From the human T2T-CHM13v2.0 reference genome, Homo sapiens, in assembly GCF_009914755.1 (NCBI RefSeq), contig NC_060931.1: 64,000 nucleotides of DNA; one strand, given 5' to 3'. The position numbers were made by a program, and so were the translations under genes. This document shows, one piece after another, positions 62,040 to 64,000 of the stretch (positions are counted from its first letter, which is position 1; every line of letters begins with the position of its first letter). The notes beneath the pieces are model-generated. The model had not been told where the DNA came from and ran no database searches. It saw only the letters and a program-made list of their open reading frames with translations.

Positions 62040-63841
62040 GAATATTAAAACTTTGTTACAAGTATTTTTTCCTAGTTTGTCACTGCCATTTTATTTTACA
62101 AATAGTTTCTTTTTACGTAGGAGTTATTTCTTTCTCTTCTTCAAGTTTTATGTAATCCAATTTACTTTTATTTTCCCTTTTTGTGTCTGGATTTTAAGTC
62201 ATAGGGAAGTTTTCCTCAATGAAATCTTAGAGAAACTTATACTTAAGATTATGCCTAAGTGTATTTTGTTGTATTTATTATTTGCTTTGTTGAATATGGT
62301 CTTGTATTAAATCTCTGACTTTTGCTTGTATATAAATATGATATTGGTTTTTGTCTTTTAATTTTATAACCTAATACTTTACTAGTTTTGCCTGTTTCCT
62401 AAATGCTTTCTCTGGGCCTGTTCTGCTTGGTTTGGATGCTTCCCCCAGCAGCGCCCCCAGCCACCCCACCCCAGAGGGCTACGTCCTGGCAGAGCTGGGT
62501 TTGGTTAGTTCTGAGGGCTGAGCTGGCCCAGCAGCTCCAGACCTCCAGACCTTGCACTCACCTGTGAACTTGACTCTGCAAACTCCTCCAAGATGCGCCC
62601 ACCACACTCCCAGTGAACAACACCTACAGGAGCTTGGAGTTCTATTCTCAGATACATCAGGTACCCCATCCTTCCCGCCACCATGTTCCGTAGCTGCTAA
62701 GCTATAGGGTGGGTGCACTCTCTGGTTGGTCCCCACCTGAGTGCCTTTGGAGGTGTGTGTGGTGGGGGCCATCTCATTTAATTTTGTTGTGCATGTTTTC
62801 TATGGGTTTTGTTTTTGCTATCTTAATTACTCTATTTTTATGAGGAGGTTTGATAAGATTAAAAAACTTGGCCACTGCTCCATCTTCCTGGAATTCCTCT
62901 CCCACTCTCCTTTAAATGTGACATCCTAACACAACCGCAGCTCTTCTCCTTGGAAAGGGATATGAAAATATTTAAGGGGAAGCTAATGGTGTGCCACACT
63001 GTATGAAGGGATTGTTTTTTAAGGAAGATGGTTGGAAGTGCTTCTGTGACATGCTATTTTTTAAAAAACTATCAGAAATTCCCAAGTCCTTGACAAACTA
63101 CATGAGAAAGATTGGTAGGAGACCGAATTCATGTTCCGAATTTGAAGAGGGATTTTAGCTAGCATTTAGAGAAGGCTCCTTGTGGTGGCTGCCATCCAGC
63201 ACCACCATGATGGGAGGGGGATGGTACCACTGAGAGAAATGTGTTGGAGGTAGAAGTTGGAGAGCTTTGCCACAGCATGATAGTTCTTAAGGTTTGTGTT
63301 TTATCTAAAAGAATTCAAAATATTTTATGAGAACCATAACACAGCTGTGCATATCTGAATATTAAACTTATTTTTAAATAACCTGTCACTGGGCTAAATC
63401 CATGCCCTAAGAAGAGGTGTTGCATTTATCTTACAGCTTCCACATTCCTGTGTGTCCCAGCTGGAGAAGCAGAAGTCCCAGACCATGTGCTAAGCACACG
63501 TATGGGGTGGGATGAAATCCAATTGTGTGTGTGAATCCATGCTGGATTCATGAAGCTGAGGCCCAGAGGAGGAAGCTTTCTTAATCAACTTCTCAACATG
63601 GGCAAATTGTGGAACTGAGTTTTCTGACTTCAATTCTGTTTCCCTGAATTCCTCCCATCTGCTGGGCAGCACAGGTTGTTATATAAATAAGGATGGCTCT
63701 GGGGACAGCAAGGTGGTCCCCACCTCCACTCCCCACTCCTCCAGGAGAACAATCTCCCAGGAGGACCAGCGGCAGTGGGGTACTCCCTCCGAGAAGGGAG
63801 CTGGAGTGGAGCAAGCCCTCCCGACAGAAGCCGCCACCCAC

Positions 63842-63960
63842 CTCAGGGCAGCCCGTGTGCGACTCTCTCTCCTCATCCTCTGTCTGGTGCCCCTCAGCTG
63901 GGCCTTGGATGGTGGATGCGCCCAGCGCAGGTGGCGAGCTTGTTGTCGGGCAGCCAAGAC
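63842..63960 (-). CDS. PKD1L1: PKD1L1 coding exon (~45): VLAARQQARHLRWAHPPSKAQLRGTRQRMRRESRTRAAL-R
   Basis: Acceptor tccctgacag, donor AG|gtgggt; 119 nt, phase 0-2; matches recalled PKD1L1 protein. The gene continues beyond the window end. Confidence 0.93.
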
Positions 63961-64000
63961 CTGTCAGGGACAAGAGTGCTGTGAGCTGCGGGCTGGTGGG

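Noticed and set aside
62448-62464. CTCF-like GCAGCGCCCCCAGCC
   Set aside because: Only a partial match to the core; cannot be supported without ChIP data

Overview
Human genomic DNA (Alu/L1/L2/MIR/MaLR-rich), recognised as chr7p12.3. The minus strand carries the last 13 coding exons of PKD1L1 (polycystin-1-like 1; exons 45-57 if the gene has 57 exons). All have GT-AG boundaries and join into one 1815-nt frame (604 aa + stop) covering the polycystin channel domain, a C-terminal coiled-coil and the terminal PADIKDF*. Nested on the plus strand is a 3-exon antisense unit (C7orf69 / PKD1L1-AS1) with a spliced 122-aa ORF. Its first exon, start codon and splice donor all lie in the 3' LTR of a full-length THE1A element. 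The first ~3.3 kb probably holds the 3' part of LINC00525. Highlights: (i) the terminal coding exon of PKD1L1 appears to be an exonised antisense MIR; (ii) the antisense ORF's first ATG exists only in the 3' LTR, while both LTRs offer in-frame first exons and DUX4-type motifs; (iii) a candidate recursive splice site mid-intron 56; (iv) inverted Alus tightly flanking in-frame exon 46. Gene names, exon numbers and repeat subfamilies come from recall, not database searches, and repeat boundaries are approximate. No prokaryotic-type system (CRISPR, operon, etc.) is present.
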